Below, one piece after another: positions 63,669 through 64,000 of a DNA stretch of 64,000 bases. The stretch comes from Sulfolobales archaeon HS-7 (lineage in GTDB: Archaea; Thermoproteota; Thermoprotei_A; Sulfolobales; Sulfolobaceae): contig AP024596.1 in assembly GCA_019704295.1 (NCBI GenBank), positions 1,088,001 through 1,152,000 of the forward strand, given 5' to 3'. The notes beneath the pieces are model-generated. The model did not search any database, was not told where the DNA came from, and saw nothing but the letters and a program-made list of their open reading frames with translations. The position numbers and the translations under genes are program-made. Each line of letters opens with the position of its first letter. Within the stretch, counting starts at the first letter, position 1.

Positions 63669-63878
63669 ATAGTAATATAGATATAGAGTAATTAAAATAA
63701 TTTATAGTAAACAGTCACTTACACACTTAAGGAATATTCGCTTATACTAAACCTGGTAAATTTAAACAAGGAGTACACATTCAGTAGGGAGTATGACCTA
63801 TGTTTAAATATTAACTTTTTGGAAAAACTTTTTATATGATTATGTAGTATATGCAGGCTAGTCAGGGTGAAAATATTT

Positions 63879-64000
63879 ATGAAGAGTAGGAGAGAAAGTT
63901 TAAATAAAGCAATTTCAAGGACTATAGTTGCAATTATTGCAATAATAATAGTGGCGGTTGCAGCAATCGCAATTGTCGGGTTTGTTGAGCCTGGAATATT
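63879..64000 (+). CDS. 5' part of an extracellular solute-binding protein with class III (prepilin-like) signal peptide
   Basis: MKSRRESLNKA|ISRTIVAIIAIIIVAVAAIAIVG with a KA/IS PibD-type cleavage site; GGGTGA SD 8 nt upstream; divergent from the ABC ATPase. Truncated by the window end. Confidence 0.75.
   Translation, partial: MKSRRESLNKAISRTIVAIIAIIIVAVAAIAIVGFVEPGI

Overview
This 64-kb window is archaeal chromosomal DNA, most likely Sulfolobales, judged from the herA-mre11-rad50-nurA operon, the Pat acetyltransferase beside a two-subunit 2-oxoacid:ferredoxin oxidoreductase, Hel308/Hjm, an ArnA/ArnB-like FHA-vWA module, DUF973, PaREP1 and a class III signal peptide. Most of it is housekeeping, metabolic and transport genes, with two toxin-antitoxin pairs (HEPN-MNT and VapBC). 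I saw no rRNA, tRNA, CRISPR array or intact transposase. Features the ORF track does not show: (1) about nine non-coding remnants of TnpB-type (IS200/IS605/IS607-like) element ends, including an apparently intact 323-bp SMN1-like element that retains the region expected to encode the omega/reRNA; (2) a box C/D guide RNA that ends 1 nt before the uracil-DNA glycosylase start codon; (3) a DedA-like gene split by a -1 frameshift exactly at an in-frame A-AAA-AAT heptamer; (4) two genes whose full-length reading frames need non-canonical starts (CTG, ATA). Notable gene contexts are an FHA-phosphatase-vWA-GH15 operon, a CBS-HPF-like fusion coupled to a nitrilase, a second stand-alone NurA-HerA pair, and a large Rieske fusion protein flanked by IS remnants. 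Family calls come from motifs read by eye and recalled family knowledge; no searches were run.
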